DNA from: an uncultured bacterium
Lineage (GTDB): Bacteria > Chloroflexota > Dehalococcoidia > Dehalococcoidales > RBG-16-60-22
Direction of reading: 5' to 3'
DNA length: 64,000 nt
Assembly: GCA_965369965.1 (NCBI GenBank)
Contig: CBDUSH010000001.1
Span: forward strand, 20,269 to 84,268
The number at the start of each line of letters is the position of its first letter. Positions within the stretch are counted from its first letter, which is position 1. The notes beneath the pieces are model-generated. The model ran no database searches and had not been told where the DNA came from. It worked only from the letters and a program-made list of their open reading frames with translations. Positions 8,227-20,434 of this stretch are shown here, one piece after another. The translations under genes were made by a program, and so were the position numbers.

Positions 8227-9684
8227 TTACCCCTTGATTACCCCTATCGGCTTTGTCCGGGCGACAATTCTGGAAATACCGGCTCCCTGTGTCACTCCAA
8301 CTACCGCCGAGACGTCCTTATAGGCCTCAGACGCTTCTTCAGCCAGTCCGGCAAGGCTTCCGGCTCGGACGGTTATCCCCCTGGCCTGTAACGATTCTAG
8401 GACGTCTCGCCCACGGAGAAGCCGTTTGGCGGCTGTCCGGCTCATCACCCGTCCGGCGCCGTGGCAGGTAGACCCGAAAGTTTCCTTCATCGCCTGTTCG
8501 GCACCCACCAGCACATAGGATACCCGCCCCATATCTCCCGGGATGAGCACCGGCTGGCCTATGTCGGAGTATTTGGCGGGAACGTCGGGATGCCCCGGCG
8601 GGAAAGCCCGGGTGGCGCCTTTTCGGTGTACGCAGAGCTTCTCTTTTTCCCCGTTCCGTTGATGCTCTTCTATCTTGGCGATGTTGTGTGTCACATCATA
8701 GATAAGCTCCAGGCCGGCGTCCGTTTCGCATTTCCCCAGCGTTCGGCAGAACGCCTCTCTTACCCAGTGTGTGATGCACTGGCGGTTGGCCCAGGCGTAG
8801 TTGGCGGCGCATCTCATCGCGGCCAGGTAAGACTGCCCTTCGGGCGATTTTACCGGGCTGCAGGCCAGCTGCCGGTCGGGCAGTTGTATCTCGTACTTGA
8901 CCATTGATCGCATCATTTCCTTGATGTAGTCATCGGCCACCTGGTGTCCCAACCCCCGTGACCCGCAGTGAATCAGGAGAACGACCTGTCCCGGTTGGTT
9001 TATGCCCATCTTGTCGGCCATCTCAGGCTCGTATATCCGGTCTACCAGTGCCACCTCCAGGAAATGGTTCCCGGAGCCCAGTGTGCCCAGCTGCGGTACC
9101 CCCCGCTCTTTGGCCCGGGCGCTGACCTTGTCCGGGTCGGCGCCGCTCATCTCTCCGTTTTCTTCGGTCGTCTCCAGATCCTCCGGTCGGCCGTATCCCT
9201 GTTCCACCGCCCAGCGCGAGCCCTTCACCAGCACCTCGTTGATTTCTCCGGAGCGCAGCTTTACTCTCCCTTTCGAGCCGACCCCGGAAGGGACGCCGCG
9301 GTAGAGGGCTTCGATGAGTTCCGTTATCCTGGGGCAGACCTCCTCCCCGGTCAGGTTGGTGCGCAGGATGCGCACACCGCAGTTGATGTCGAAACCTACC
9401 CCGCCCGGTGAAACCACGCCGTCGTCCACTCTCATCGCGGCCACCCCTCCGATGGGGAACCCGTAACCCCAGTGAATGTCGGGCATCGCCAGGGAGTAGT
9501 CCACAATACCCGGCAGCATGGCCACATTGGCTACCTGCTCCATTGCCTGCTCCTGGCGGATTTGTTTTATCATCGCTTCGTCGGCATAGATTATCCCCGG
9601 CACCCGCATACCTGCTTTATAGCTTTTAGGTATTCGCCAGTGGTATTCGTCTATCTTTTCCAGCGGTCCGCCCCACGTTCCCAT
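8227..9684 (-). CDS. rtcB: RNA 3'-phosphate/2',3'-cyclic-phosphate ligase RtcB
   Basis: 485 aa with RtcB hallmarks: GFDINCGVR, LGSGNHFLE, HCGSRGLGHQV, STCHGAGR. Confidence 0.95.
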   Translation of the reverse strand: MGTWGGPLEKIDEYHWRIPKSYKAGMRVPGIIYADEAMIKQIRQEQAMEQVANVAMLPGIVDYSLAMPDIHWGYGFPIGGVAAMRVDDGVVSPGGVGFDINCGVRILRTNLTGEEVCPRITELIEALYRGVPSGVGSKGRVKLRSGEINEVLVKGSRWAVEQGYGRPEDLETTEENGEMSGADPDKVSARAKERGVPQLGTLGSGNHFLEVALVDRIYEPEMADKMGINQPGQVVLLIHCGSRGLGHQVADDYIKEMMRSMVKYEIQLPDRQLACSPVKSPEGQSYLAAMRCAANYAWANRQCITHWVREAFCRTLGKCETDAGLELIYDVTHNIAKIEEHQRNGEKEKLCVHRKGATRAFPPGHPDVPAKYSDIGQPVLIPGDMGRVSYVLVGAEQAMKETFGSTCHGAGRVMSRTAAKRLLRGRDVLESLQARGITVRAGSLAGLAEEASEAYKDVSAVVGVTQGAGISRIVARTKPIGVIKG

Positions 9685-9695
9685 ATCCTCACCTC

Positions 9696-10118
9696 CTAGA
9701 TATCAAAGATAACCCGGACCTGATTTTTCTCCGGGTCTACCTTGAGCAAATGAAAAGTAGCCGATTTAACCCCGGTTTTCAGGCGGTGACGGGAAGGGTC
9801 ATACCTTTCCCCGTAACAGGTTGCTTGTAAATTATTGCCGTCCAGCTTGCTCACCTCAAATCTTTTCAGCAGCAGTGTCTCCACGTCGAAAAAATAGAGG
9901 AGACGGTTAAGCCATTCAAAGAGCAGTATCTCCGGGTCAGCCTCACTTATTTCCAGCCGGCGGGTTTCCGTTTCCCGCACCGACCGGAGATCGGCTATTA
10001 TCGAGAACATTCCGCAGGCGGCGTTGGCGTAAGCCACGGCTAAAGACTGCCCGTAAGCGACCAGTCCGATGTCCGCCGTATGCTCTATTATCCGGAACTT
10101 TGCCACTGCCTGCTTCAT
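9696..10118 (-). CDS. archease (RtcB activator family)
   Basis: 140 aa. The archease-type N-terminus is F.IIEHTADIGLVAYG. It lies 11 nt upstream of rtcB on the same strand. Confidence 0.85.
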   Translation of the reverse strand: MKQAVAKFRIIEHTADIGLVAYGQSLAVAYANAACGMFSIIADLRSVRETETRRLEISEADPEILLFEWLNRLLYFFDVETLLLKRFEVSKLDGNNLQATCYGERYDPSRHRLKTGVKSATFHLLKVDPEKNQVRVIFDI

Positions 10119-10202
10119 CCCTTTTTCATTATAGAATCTTTTTCAGGGATTATAAACCGGTTGCCGGCCGGACTCCCGGTTTCAGGCCGGCCCCGGCCAG
10201 CA

Positions 10203-10231
10203 TTGCCAAAAAACGTTCGGGGCGGTATAAT
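10203..10231 (+). promoter_or_regulatory. sigma70-type promoter for ahcY-metK
   Basis: TTGCCA (10203-10208), 17-nt spacer, TATAAT (10226-10231). It lies ~145 nt upstream of the ahcY start. Confidence 0.5.
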
Positions 10232-10298
10232 ATTTTAGTAGATAAAGCTAATTTAGTGACAGTAGTCTTTTATCTGCGAACGAGTAAGGCATGGTTAG

Positions 10299-11645
<1,347 letters not shown>

Positions 11646-11691
11646 TAATTGCACAACCAGCAAGTGCCATTTCAGACGACGGAGGAAAAAA

Positions 11692-12903
11692 ATGACCAAT
11701 AGTTTTGCCAGTTCACCGAATTACATGCTGACCTCGGAATCGGTTACCGAGGGGCACCCGGACAAATTATGCGACCAGATATCGGACGCTATTCTGGACG
11801 CTATTATGAAACAGGACCCCAACGGCCGGGTGGCCTGCGAGACGGCTGCCACCACCGGTATGGTTATCGTTCTCGGTGAAATTACCACCAACTGCTATGT
11901 TGACGTGCCTAAGGTGGTGCGCGGGGTAGTCCGTGATATCGGCTACAATAATCCCCATTACGGTTTTGACTCCGAGTCGTGTGGTGTCATGGTTTCCATC
12001 AACGAGCAATCCAGTGATATTGATATGGGAGTAAGTAAGTCGCAGGAAGCCAAAGAAGGCTCGGCGGAAAGTGACCTGGCTAAGGTTGGCGCCGGAGACC
12101 AGGGCATGATGGTCGGCTTTGCCTGCAGCGAGACACCGGAATTGATGCCCCTGCCCATCTCCCTGTCTCACCGGTTGTGCCGCCGGCTGGCTCAGGTCAG
12201 GAAAGAAGGCGTCTTACCTTATCTTCGCCCCGACGGTAAATCGCAGGTAACCGTTGAGTATGACAAAGGCCGCCCCAAGCGCATTACCGCCTTGGTCATT
12301 GCCGCCCAGCACGACGATGACGTCGACAGCGACCGGATGGAGCGGGATATTATCGAACAGGTTATCAAGCCGGTAGTTCCGGCTGATCTGATAGACAGCG
12401 ATACAAAATACTATGTTAACGCCACCGGACGCTTTGTTATCGGCGGGCCGGTCTCGGATACCGGCTTCACCGGGCGCAAGATCCTGGTGGACACCTACGG
12501 CGGTATCGCCCGGCACGGTGGAGGAGCCTTCTCCGGCAAGGACCCCACCAAGGTCGACCGCTCGGCGGCCTATATGGCCCGCTACATTGCCAAGAACGTG
12601 GTCGCCGCCGGACTTGCCGAGCGCCTGGAGATACAGGTTGCTTACGTTATCGGCGTCTCTCATCCCCTCTCCGTTTCCATCGAGACTTTTGGTACCGCGG
12701 TGGTCGAGAACCAGGTTATCAAGGACCTGATCAGCAAACACTTTGACTTCAGGCCGGGAGCGATTATTCGGAACTTTGACCTCCGCCGCCCGATATACCG
12801 CCAGACAGCAGCCTACGGCCACTTTGGCCGTGACGACCTTGACCTCCCCTGGGAAAAAACGGATAAAGCCGAAATCCTGAAAAAAGAAGGTCTGGGTAAT
12901 TAG
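11692..12903 (+). CDS. metK: S-adenosylmethionine synthase
   Basis: It carries [30 protein letters not shown] and [16 protein letters not shown]. Confidence 0.97.
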   Translation: MTNSFASSPNYMLTSESVTEGHPDKLCDQISDAILDAIMKQDPNGRVACETAATTGMVIVLGEITTNCYVDVPKVVRGVVRDIGYNNPHYGFDSESCGVMVSINEQSSDIDMGVSKSQEAKEGSAESDLAKVGAGDQGMMVGFACSETPELMPLPISLSHRLCRRLAQVRKEGVLPYLRPDGKSQVTVEYDKGRPKRITALVIAAQHDDDVDSDRMERDIIEQVIKPVVPADLIDSDTKYYVNATGRFVIGGPVSDTGFTGRKILVDTYGGIARHGGGAFSGKDPTKVDRSAAYMARYIAKNVVAAGLAERLEIQVAYVIGVSHPLSVSIETFGTAVVENQVIKDLISKHFDFRPGAIIRNFDLRRPIYRQTAAYGHFGRDDLDLPWEKTDKAEILKKEGLGN

Positions 12904-12914
12904 TCGTTAAGCTT

Positions 12915-12961
12915 GAGAGAGGTGAATCCCCCGGAAGAAACTTCCTTCCCCTCTCTGTTTT
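12915..12961 (+). terminator. candidate intrinsic terminator after metK
   Basis: A nested hairpin (GAGAGAGG...GGAAG-AAA-CTTCC...CCTCTCT) is followed by GTTTT. The U-tract is short. Confidence 0.4.
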
Positions 12962-13003
12962 GAAAAAGATACCCTAAGGGAGTTTAAGAGGGGGTGAGGT
13001 AAA

Positions 13004-14431
13004 ATGGCTAATCCCATCAAGTTCGGTACCGATGGCTGGCGGGCGATTATCGCCGATGACTTCACCTTCGATAATGTCCGTATCTGCGCCCAGGGCGTCG
13101 CCGGCTTCTTGCAGCAGGCAGGATTATCCGGTCGCGGCCTGATTGTCGGCTATGACACCCGCTTCGCCTCCGAGGATTTTGCCGCCGCCGTGGCCGAGGT
13201 GGTGGCCGGTAACGGTATTAAAGTCTACCTCTGCCCCCGCGCCACCCCCACTCCGGTAATCAGCTTCGGCGTCCTCACCGAAAAAGCCGGCGGGGCGGTG
13301 ATCATAACCGCCAGCCACAATTCGGGTATCTGGAACGGTTTCAAGTATAAAGACGAGCACGGCTCCAGCGCCCCGGACGAAGTGACCGCTCAGATAGAAA
13401 AATTCATCGGCCAGGTCCAGGCGGGCGGACAGCTCAAGCGGATGCCGCTGGCAGAGGCTCTGGCACAGGGAATGGTGGAGTACCTGTCGCTGACTCCGGT
13501 CTACCTGAAGCAGATGGACAGCCTTGTTGACCTTTCCGGGCTCAGGGCGGCCGGCTTAAAGATAGTCGTCGACTCCATGTATGGCGCCGGGGCCGGTTAC
13601 CTCAGGACGATACTTGAGGGCGGAACTATCGAGGTTATTGAGATAAACGGTGACCGTAACCCCCTTTTCCCCGGCATCCGGCCCGAGCCTATCGCGGCTA
13701 ACCTGGCCAAACTCTCCGAGGCAGTGAAGCAGCATGGCGGGAACGTCGGTCTGGCTACCGACGGCGACGCCGACCGTATGGGCGTTATCGACGAGAAAGG
13801 TGACTTTGTGACTCAGCTCCAGGTCTTTGCCCTGCTCTCGCTTTACCTGCTGGAAGTGCGCGGCGAGCGCGGCCCGCTGGTGAAGACCATCACCAGCACC
13901 AGCATGCTTGACCGGCTCGGCGAGATATTTGACGTGCCGGTAGTAGAAACTTCGGTCGGCTTCAAATACGTGGCGCCCATTATGCGTGCCGAAAACGCCC
14001 TTATCGGTGGTGAGGAAAGCGGCGGCTATGGTTTTCGCGGCCATGTCGCCGAGCGTGATGGCGTCCTCGCCTGCCTTTATTTCCTGGACCTGATAGCCAG
14101 GACGGGTAAAACCCCTTCGGAGCTTATCGATTATCTTTACGGGAAGGTCGGCCCTCATTATTACCAGCGGGAGGATATCCATTTCCCCGCCGACGAACGC
14201 GCTGTAATCACCGATCGACTTCAGAACAACCGGCAAAAATCGCTGGGCGGAGTCGAAATAGTTAAAATAGAAACGGCGGAGGGTTTTCGTTTTATCCTGG
14301 CTGACGGTACCTGGCTGATGATTCGTTTCTCCGGCACTGAACCGGTGCTGCGTATCTATACGGAAAGCGATTCTCCGGAACGGGCCGGACGGATGCTTGA
14401 ATACGGCAAAGAAATAGCCGGGATTAAGTAG
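13004..14431 (+). CDS. phosphoglucomutase/phosphomannomutase family protein
   Basis: It has the active-site loop TASHNSG, the Mg-binding motif DGDADR and the sugar-binding motif GGEESGG. Confidence 0.85.
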   Translation: MANPIKFGTDGWRAIIADDFTFDNVRICAQGVAGFLQQAGLSGRGLIVGYDTRFASEDFAAAVAEVVAGNGIKVYLCPRATPTPVISFGVLTEKAGGAVIITASHNSGIWNGFKYKDEHGSSAPDEVTAQIEKFIGQVQAGGQLKRMPLAEALAQGMVEYLSLTPVYLKQMDSLVDLSGLRAAGLKIVVDSMYGAGAGYLRTILEGGTIEVIEINGDRNPLFPGIRPEPIAANLAKLSEAVKQHGGNVGLATDGDADRMGVIDEKGDFVTQLQVFALLSLYLLEVRGERGPLVKTITSTSMLDRLGEIFDVPVVETSVGFKYVAPIMRAENALIGGEESGGYGFRGHVAERDGVLACLYFLDLIARTGKTPSELIDYLYGKVGPHYYQREDIHFPADERAVITDRLQNNRQKSLGGVEIVKIETAEGFRFILADGTWLMIRFSGTEPVLRIYTESDSPERAGRMLEYGKEIAGIK

Positions 14432-14681
14432 TTTCCCGTTAAGCACACGCGCCTCACTTTAGAACCACTCCACTTAACAGAAGCGCATATCTTTCAGTAA
14501 AACCTCTTGTTTCCCTCTCCAAAACCTCCCGTTTCTCTTCTCCTTTTTTGGAAGAAAAAAACCCGGGGAAGCCCTAAGAAGCGCCCGCCCCTTATAAAAT
14601 AAAAGTCCCCCGTTTCCTTGTTGAAAGAAGGGCGGATAAGCCATTACAAAAATTCTTGAATCAGGCAAAATACCGTTGGAC

Positions 14682-14712
14682 AAAAAAAGAGAGGGGATTT
14701 TCACCCCTCTCT
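14682..14712 (-). terminator. intrinsic terminator downstream of rpsI
   Basis: On the minus strand, AGAGAGGGG-loop-CCCCTCTCT is followed by T7. It lies ~60 nt after the rpsI stop. Confidence 0.65.
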
Positions 14713-14768
14713 AATTATTCTTCCGTTATCGGGAATCTACCGGCGGTAGACCGGCCTCCCCCCAGACT

Positions 14769-15164
14769 TTACCGCTTGGTATACTGAGGTGCCTTCCGCG
14801 CCCGCTTCAGTCCCGGTTTTTTCCGCTCTTTAACCCGGGAGTCACGGGTCAGCAGGCCGTTCTGTCGCAGCACCGGCTTCAGGCTCTCGTTTGACCTGAC
14901 TAGTGCCCGGGCTATCCCATGGCAGATGGCGCCGCTCTGTCCTGACACCCCGCCCCCGTTCACCTTGATAACGACGTTGAATTTCCCCAGGCTCTCGCTC
15001 ACCATCAACGGTTGCACTATCGTCCGCTGGTGTTCATGGCTGGGAAACCGGTCCTCGTAGGGAACACCGTTGACAATGATGGCGCCGTTACCGGCTGATA
15101 ATTTCACCTGGGCTACCGCGCACTTGCGTCGGCCGGTCCCGTGGTGGTAAGTCTGCTTATCCAA
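14769..15164 (-). CDS. rpsI: 30S ribosomal protein S9
   Basis: 131 aa. It ends ...KAPQYTKR and has the GGG.SGQ block. Confidence 0.95.
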   Translation of the reverse strand: MDKQTYHHGTGRRKCAVAQVKLSAGNGAIIVNGVPYEDRFPSHEHQRTIVQPLMVSESLGKFNVVIKVNGGGVSGQSGAICHGIARALVRSNESLKPVLRQNGLLTRDSRVKERKKPGLKRARKAPQYTKR

Positions 15165-15205
15165 TGAAACCCCCCTTAATTCTTCCCGTGTATCTTTCTT
15201 CCCGG

Positions 15206-15631
15206 CTACGGCTGGGTAATATTCGTCTGGGCAACGTGAGGATGAGTATCGCCGGCGTAGACCTTGAGTTTCTTTCTCATGCTGTTGCCCAGACGGGTGT
15301 GGGGCAACATACCCTTTACCGCGTGCTCAAGCGCCCGCGTCGGGTGGGTCTCCATCAGCTTCTCCAGAGTGACTGTTTTCAGGCCTCCCGGATACCCGGT
15401 GTGCCGGTAATACAGTTTCTGCTTTGCCTTGTTGCCGGTAACGCGCACTTTTTCCGCGTTGATCACCACTACGTAGTCGCCGGTGTCCAGATGAGTACAA
15501 AATATCGGCTTATGCTTCCCCATCAGTAAACCGGCTATCTGGGTGGCCAGCCTGCCCAGGGTCTTCTCCGAGGCATCGATAACGTGCCACTGCCGCTCAA
15601 TATCAGCCGGTTTGGTGCTATAGGTTTTCAA
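15206..15631 (-). CDS. rplM: 50S ribosomal protein L13
   Basis: The N-terminus is [20 protein letters not shown]. It is adjacent to rpsI. Confidence 0.95.
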   Translation of the reverse strand: MKTYSTKPADIERQWHVIDASEKTLGRLATQIAGLLMGKHKPIFCTHLDTGDYVVVINAEKVRVTGNKAKQKLYYRHTGYPGGLKTVTLEKLMETHPTRALEHAVKGMLPHTRLGNSMRKKLKVYAGDTHPHVAQTNITQP

Positions 15632-16401
15632 TTGCGTAACTCCTCCCAGGAATGCGGGTAATTCACCCTTATCAAACTCAGCCCGCAGGCCGGAGCCATC
15701 GGCCCCGCCAGTCCGGGTCTCTTTGCTTCTATAATACTATAAAAATCAGCCACTGTCATCTTGCCCCGCCCGACGCTGAGTAATGCCCCTATCGTGTTCC
15801 GTACCTGGTGGGTCAGGAACGAGTTGGCGACGATGCGAAAAACGACCACCTCCCCGTCTCTCTCCACACTGGCCTGGAAAACGCGCCGCACCGTACTCTT
15901 TTCCCGGCTCTCCAGGCGGGGGGCAAAAGAAGCGAAATCATGCCTGCCGACCAGTGCCTGACAGGCTTCATGCATGGCTTCTATATTCAATTCACCTCTC
16001 ACCTGACTGGTAAAACTGCGTCTCATCGGTGAGCGTGTCGGGCAATTCAGGATGTAATAACGGTATTCCCGGCTTATCGCATCCCGTCGGGCATTAAAGT
16101 CCCCCCCGACTTCGAAAGCATCCTTGACGGCGATATCCCGTGGCAGATAGTAGTTTAAACCTTTAACGAATGTCTCCGCCGGTAAAGACGACTCCGTTTT
16201 GACGGTGGCCACCTGTTCTCTGGCGTGGACTCCGGTATCGGTACGGCTCGCCGCCATCACCCGGATTCTCTCTCCGGTAAGCTTACGCAACGCTTTCTCC
16301 ACCTCCCCCTGGATGGTGGGCAGCTTGGCTTGTAACTGGAAGCCGTGGTAGTGCGAGCCGTCGTATTCCATAATCAGCACCATCTTGGTATCCGTTGCCA
16401 A
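15628..16401 (-). CDS. truA: tRNA pseudouridine(38-40) synthase
   Basis: It has the catalytic motif SRTDTGVHA, is 257 aa, and overlaps rplM by 4 nt. Confidence 0.9.
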   Translation of the reverse strand: MATDTKMVLIMEYDGSHYHGFQLQAKLPTIQGEVEKALRKLTGERIRVMAASRTDTGVHAREQVATVKTESSLPAETFVKGLNYYLPRDIAVKDAFEVGGDFNARRDAISREYRYYILNCPTRSPMRRSFTSQVRGELNIEAMHEACQALVGRHDFASFAPRLESREKSTVRRVFQASVERDGEVVVFRIVANSFLTHQVRNTIGALLSVGRGKMTVADFYSIIEAKRPGLAGPMAPACGLSLIRVNYPHSWEELRN

Positions 16402-16433
16402 GCTGAATCTTCCTTATCGCCCAACTCCCGGCG

Positions 16434-16787
16434 TTATTCCACCAGGGTCAGCTGTACCATCGGGGCGCCGTCGCCCAGTCGAGGTCCCAGCTTAACCATA
16501 CGTGTATAGCCACCGGGCCGTTCGCCATACCTCTTGGCCAGGTCGGCAAATACTTTTTCGGCCACTGCCTTGTCGGTAACCACCAACAGCGCCCGGCGGA
16601 AAGCGCTCAGACCGCCCTCTTTCCCCAGGGTGATTATCTTCTCGGCCTGGCCGCGTACTTCTTTCGCCTTGGCTTCGGTGGTCACAATTTTCTCATGGTT
16701 CAGCAAGTCGGTTACCTGGTTGCGATAGAGCGCTTTACGGTGGCTCATTGACCTGCCTAATTGTCTGCCGGCTACTTTGTGTCTCAT
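16434..16787 (-). CDS. rplQ: 50S ribosomal protein L17
   Basis: The N-terminus is [20 protein letters not shown]. Confidence 0.95.
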   Translation of the reverse strand: MRHKVAGRQLGRSMSHRKALYRNQVTDLLNHEKIVTTEAKAKEVRGQAEKIITLGKEGGLSAFRRALLVVTDKAVAEKVFADLAKRYGERPGGYTRMVKLGPRLGDGAPMVQLTLVE

Positions 16788-16792
16788 ATTAC

Positions 16793-17845
16793 CTACTCTT
16801 CAGATTGACTTTCGCTATCCGCGGTCAACTCTTCTTCTTCAGTGGTTATCTCGGATTCCGGTTCGGCGTCTTCTTCTTCCGAGGTAGCCGCTTCCAGTTC
16901 TGCTTTTAACTCGGCCGACGCCGCCAGGGAAAGACCTATCTCCTGTAGTTTCTCTTCTATCTCATGGAAGGATTTCTGCCCGAAGTTACGCAGCTTGAGT
17001 AGTTCCCTCGGCTTCTTGCTGATTAACTCTCCCACCGTGGCAATGCCGCTGCGCCTCAGACAGTTCATGGTACGCACGGAAAGGTCCAGTTGCTCCACCG
17101 ACAGGTTGTATTTCTCATCCGGAATGGACAGGCGGATAAGCTGTTCCTCGGCTTTCATCTGCGAAATCTTAACGTATTCCAGGAACGGGGTCAGCTGCTC
17201 AATCAGGATTTTGGATCCGATACTGATAGCATCGACCGGTGATATTGTGCCGTCGGTCCATACTTCGAATATCAGCCTCTCCCGGCTTATCTCCCGCCCG
17301 ATGTGCACCGGTTCAACGTCATAGTTAATCTTGCGTATCGGGGTGAAAATAGCGTCCACCGGGATAGTGCCCACCGGCATATTATCGTTTGACTCGGCCT
17401 GCCGGTACCCTTCACCCAGTTCAACGTCGAACTCTACGTAAAGCCTGGCATCCGGAGAATCCAGCTCAACGAGGCTCTGTTCCGGGTTGGTTATCTCAAA
17501 ATCAGCCGACGGCTTGATGTCAGACGCGCAAAACCTCCCCTCTCCTTTTATATCCAGTATCAGTTTACCGGGCTGGTCGGCCAGCGCTTTTATTCTCAGC
17601 GCCTTGACGTTGAGGAGAAACTCCATGACGTCTTCCTTGGCGTGGGGAATTACCGTAAATTCATGCTCGATTCCTTCAATTCTAACCTGAGTTACGGTGG
17701 CTCCTGGAAGATAGCTGAGTAACACCCGTCGCATCGCGTTACCCAGTGTAACCCCAAACCCCTTTTCCAGTGGCTCAACCAGGAATCGCCCGAAGTTACC
17801 CTCGCTCTCTACACAGTCAATTTTAGGGATTACCAGACGAGACAA
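16793..17845 (-). CDS. rpoA: DNA-directed RNA polymerase subunit alpha (with acidic C-terminal tail)
   Basis: The N-terminal domain and the C-terminal-domain HhH ([18 protein letters not shown]) are recognisable. A ~35-aa E/S-rich tail is appended. Confidence 0.95.
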   Translation of the reverse strand: MSRLVIPKIDCVESEGNFGRFLVEPLEKGFGVTLGNAMRRVLLSYLPGATVTQVRIEGIEHEFTVIPHAKEDVMEFLLNVKALRIKALADQPGKLILDIKGEGRFCASDIKPSADFEITNPEQSLVELDSPDARLYVEFDVELGEGYRQAESNDNMPVGTIPVDAIFTPIRKINYDVEPVHIGREISRERLIFEVWTDGTISPVDAISIGSKILIEQLTPFLEYVKISQMKAEEQLIRLSIPDEKYNLSVEQLDLSVRTMNCLRRSGIATVGELISKKPRELLKLRNFGQKSFHEIEEKLQEIGLSLAASAELKAELEAATSEEEDAEPESEITTEEEELTADSESQSEE

Positions 17846-17866
17846 TGGAATCCACCTCCTATTTCG

Positions 17867-18496
17867 TTATCGTGAGTAGTACTCAACGATGGTCTTGCCG
17901 TCAAATGTCGCTTCAATATCATCGGGTGTAGGCATGGACAAGAGTTGGCCGACCATGGTTGCCTTATCCAGGCTCAACCAGTCCATAATGGTCTTGGCTT
18001 CGATTGCCTGGGTAAGCACTTTATAGTATTCTAATTTGGCGCTCGCTTGGCGCCAACCGATGGTGTCGCCTTCTTTCACCAGGCAGGAAGGTATATCCGT
18101 CTTGTGTCCGTTGAGCAGGATATGCCCGTGGCGGACTATCTGGCGGGCCTGGGCGCGGGAATCGGCAAATCCCAGACGGAAAACGATATTGTCGAGGCGC
18201 CTCTCCAGCAGAACCAGCAGATTTTCACCGGTGATACCGGCTTGCCTTTCCGCCTCGGCAAAAATCCTCCGGAACTGTCGTTCGAGGATACCGTAACTGT
18301 GGCGTGCTTTCTGTTTTTCCCGGAGCTGCAGGGCGCGGTCGGAAAACTTGGGCCGCCGGCGGCTCAGCTGCTGTCCCGGTGGTTTCGGTCGCTTATCTAC
18401 GCTGCATTTGGGCGTGAAACAACGGTCACCCTTTAAAAAAAGTTTCCCGCCGGCGCGGCGACATAATCGGCAAACTGGTCCTGTATATCTAGCCAT
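17867..18496 (-). CDS. rpsD: 30S ribosomal protein S4
   Basis: The N-terminus is [26 protein letters not shown]. Confidence 0.95.
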   Translation of the reverse strand: MARYTGPVCRLCRRAGGKLFLKGDRCFTPKCSVDKRPKPPGQQLSRRRPKFSDRALQLREKQKARHSYGILERQFRRIFAEAERQAGITGENLLVLLERRLDNIVFRLGFADSRAQARQIVRHGHILLNGHKTDIPSCLVKEGDTIGWRQASAKLEYYKVLTQAIEAKTIMDWLSLDKATMVGQLLSMPTPDDIEATFDGKTIVEYYSR

Positions 18497-18508
18497 GTCT
18501 CCTCTCTT

Positions 18509-18901
18509 CTACACTCGTCTCTTTTTCGGTGGCCGGCAGCCATTGTGCGGGATGGGTGTCACATCCCGGATGCCGGTAATATATAGGCCTGAACTCTGTA
18601 AAGAACGGATAGCTGCTTCACGTCCGCTGCCCGGACCCTTGACAAATACCTCAATCTGACGCAGGCCGTGCGCCATCGCCCGGCGGGCGGTATCGCGGGC
18701 CGCCATCTGGGCGGCATACGGTGTCCCCTTGCGCGAGCCCTTAAATCCGGCCGTCCCGGAGCTTCCCCAGGCAATGACATTACCCTGCGGGTCGGTCAAG
18801 GTCACTATGGTATTGTTAAAAGTAGACTGGACGTAGGCCTTCCCGACTGGAATAGACTTACGCTCCCGCCTCCTGACCTTAGTTCGTTTTTTCTGTGCCA
18901 T
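18509..18901 (-). CDS. rpsK: 30S ribosomal protein S11
   Basis: The C-terminus is ...[20 protein letters not shown]. Confidence 0.95.
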   Translation of the reverse strand: MAQKKRTKVRRRERKSIPVGKAYVQSTFNNTIVTLTDPQGNVIAWGSSGTAGFKGSRKGTPYAAQMAARDTARRAMAHGLRQIEVFVKGPGSGREAAIRSLQSSGLYITGIRDVTPIPHNGCRPPKKRRV

Positions 18902-18918
18902 CCTGTTCTCCTTGCCTC

Positions 18919-19308
18919 TTATTTCTTGGTCATGCCGCGTCGCTGTCCTCTACCGGCCACGGTTCGGCGGGTGCCGCGTCGCGAACGGGCATTGGTTCGT
19001 GTTCGTTGCCCCTTGGAGGGTAGGTTATGGCGATGCCTGATACCCCGGTAGCTCCCGATTTCCACCAGGCGCTTCACGTTTAAGTTGACCTCTCTCCGCA
19101 AGTCCCCCTCAACCCGGTACTGCTTGTCAATGATCTCACGGAGGTGGTTAACCTCCTCTTCGGTCAGCTCGTTCACTTTGGTCTCCGGGCTGATTTCAGC
19201 TCGGGCTAAGATTTGCTGACTCAATACCGGGCCGATCCCGTAAATATACTGAAGTGAGACCCAGACCTGCTTATTTCGGGGTATATCTACACCGGCAATT
19301 CGCGCCAT
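18919..19308 (-). CDS. rpsM: 30S ribosomal protein S13
   Basis: The N-terminus is [15 protein letters not shown]. Confidence 0.95.
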   Translation of the reverse strand: MARIAGVDIPRNKQVWVSLQYIYGIGPVLSQQILARAEISPETKVNELTEEEVNHLREIIDKQYRVEGDLRREVNLNVKRLVEIGSYRGIRHRHNLPSKGQRTRTNARSRRGTRRTVAGRGQRRGMTKK

Positions 19309-19333
19309 CTAATTCCCTCCTTGCTTCATCGAA

Positions 19334-19447
19334 CTAACCCTGCCTCTGCTTGTGTTTGGGATTGGCACAGATGATTCTGACCACACCCTGCCGTTTCACC
19401 ACTTTGCACTTTTCGCATCTGACTTTTACTGAAGCTCTAACTTTCAT
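19334..19447 (-). CDS. rpmJ: 50S ribosomal protein L36 (below the length cutoff of the ORF track)
   Basis: Hand translation of the minus strand gives [37 protein letters not shown]. It sits in the canonical position between infA and rpsM. Confidence 0.9.
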   Translation of the reverse strand: MKVRASVKVRCEKCKVVKRQGVVRIICANPKHKQRQG

Positions 19448-19464
19448 TATCTGACATCCTTAAA

Positions 19465-19683
19465 CTATTTGAACCGGTAGGTAATCCGGCCTCGGCTCAG
19501 GTCATAAGGTGAAAGCTCTATCAACACCTTATCGCCGGGCAGGACCCTGATATAATGTTTTCTTATCTTGCCCGAGATGTGAGCCAATACCATATGTTCA
19601 TTCGGCAGCACAACGCGGAACATGGCATTGGGTAGTGCCTCTACTACCGTTCCCTCAACCTCAATGGCTTCTTTCTTAGGCAT
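19465..19683 (-). CDS. infA: translation initiation factor IF-1
   Basis: The sequence [24 protein letters not shown]... is typical IF-1. I prefer the internal Met at 19683 over the ORF-track start at 19716. Confidence 0.9.
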   Translation of the reverse strand: MPKKEAIEVEGTVVEALPNAMFRVVLPNEHMVLAHISGKIRKHYIRVLPGDKVLIELSPYDLSRGRITYRFK

Positions 19684-20434
19684 AGACCTCTCTAGTAAGT
19701 ACCTCCGGTTCACCATCGGTTATGGCGACGGTGTGTTCAAAATGTGCTGAAAGACTGCCGTCCGCAGTCAATACCGTCCAATTGTCATCGCCGAGGCGGG
19801 TACGCCAGCCGCCCCGGTTCAGCATCGGCTCAATGGCCAGTACCATGCCTTTTTTCAGTACCGGCCCCGAATTGGGCAAGCCAAAATTCGGTATCTGCGG
19901 CTCTTCATGCATATCCCGCCCGATACCGTGTCCGGTATACTCACGCACCACTGAAAAACCTCTTGACTCGGCGAACCGTTGAATCGCCGCCGAGACGTCT
20001 CCCAGCCTGGACCCGGACTGGGCGGCATTAATACCGGCTTCCAGAGCGCCGGAGGTCGTTTTCAAAAGCTCTTTTGCCTCCGGACTCGCCTCACCCACGG
20101 TCACCGTCGTCGCCGCGTCACCCTGGAGACCCTGGAAAATCGCCCCGAAATCCATGGAAATTATATCTCCCTGGCGCAGCACGCGCTTACCCGGAATCCC
20201 GTGTACTATTTCGTCGTTAATTGCCACGCACACAGTAGCCGGAAACCCCTGGTATCCCTTAAAGGAAGACGTGGCGCCGCGTTTTTCCAGTTCCCTCTCG
20301 GCGATTATATCCAACTCCTTGGTGGTCAACCCTGGTTTTATTTGCTCGCTCAATATTTCCAGTATCTCAGCGACAATCCTTCCGGCCTGCCGCATCAATT
20401 TTATCTCCTCGTCAGTCTTGATGATAATGCTCAT
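19676..20434 (-). CDS. map: type I methionine aminopeptidase
   Basis: 252 aa with metal-ligand blocks (DFGA, GHGIG, EPM) and a conserved operon position. Confidence 0.93.
   Translation of the reverse strand: MSIIIKTDEEIKLMRQAGRIVAEILEILSEQIKPGLTTKELDIIAERELEKRGATSSFKGYQGFPATVCVAINDEIVHGIPGKRVLRQGDIISMDFGAIFQGLQGDAATTVTVGEASPEAKELLKTTSGALEAGINAAQSGSRLGDVSAAIQRFAESRGFSVVREYTGHGIGRDMHEEPQIPNFGLPNSGPVLKKGMVLAIEPMLNRGGWRTRLGDDNWTVLTADGSLSAHFEHTVAITDGEPEVLTREVYA

Noticed and set aside
14474-14704. 76-aa minus-strand ORF in the phosphohexomutase/rpsI convergent spacer
   Set aside because: It spans the rpsI terminator hairpin and homopolymer runs, and it has no RBS or recognisable motif.
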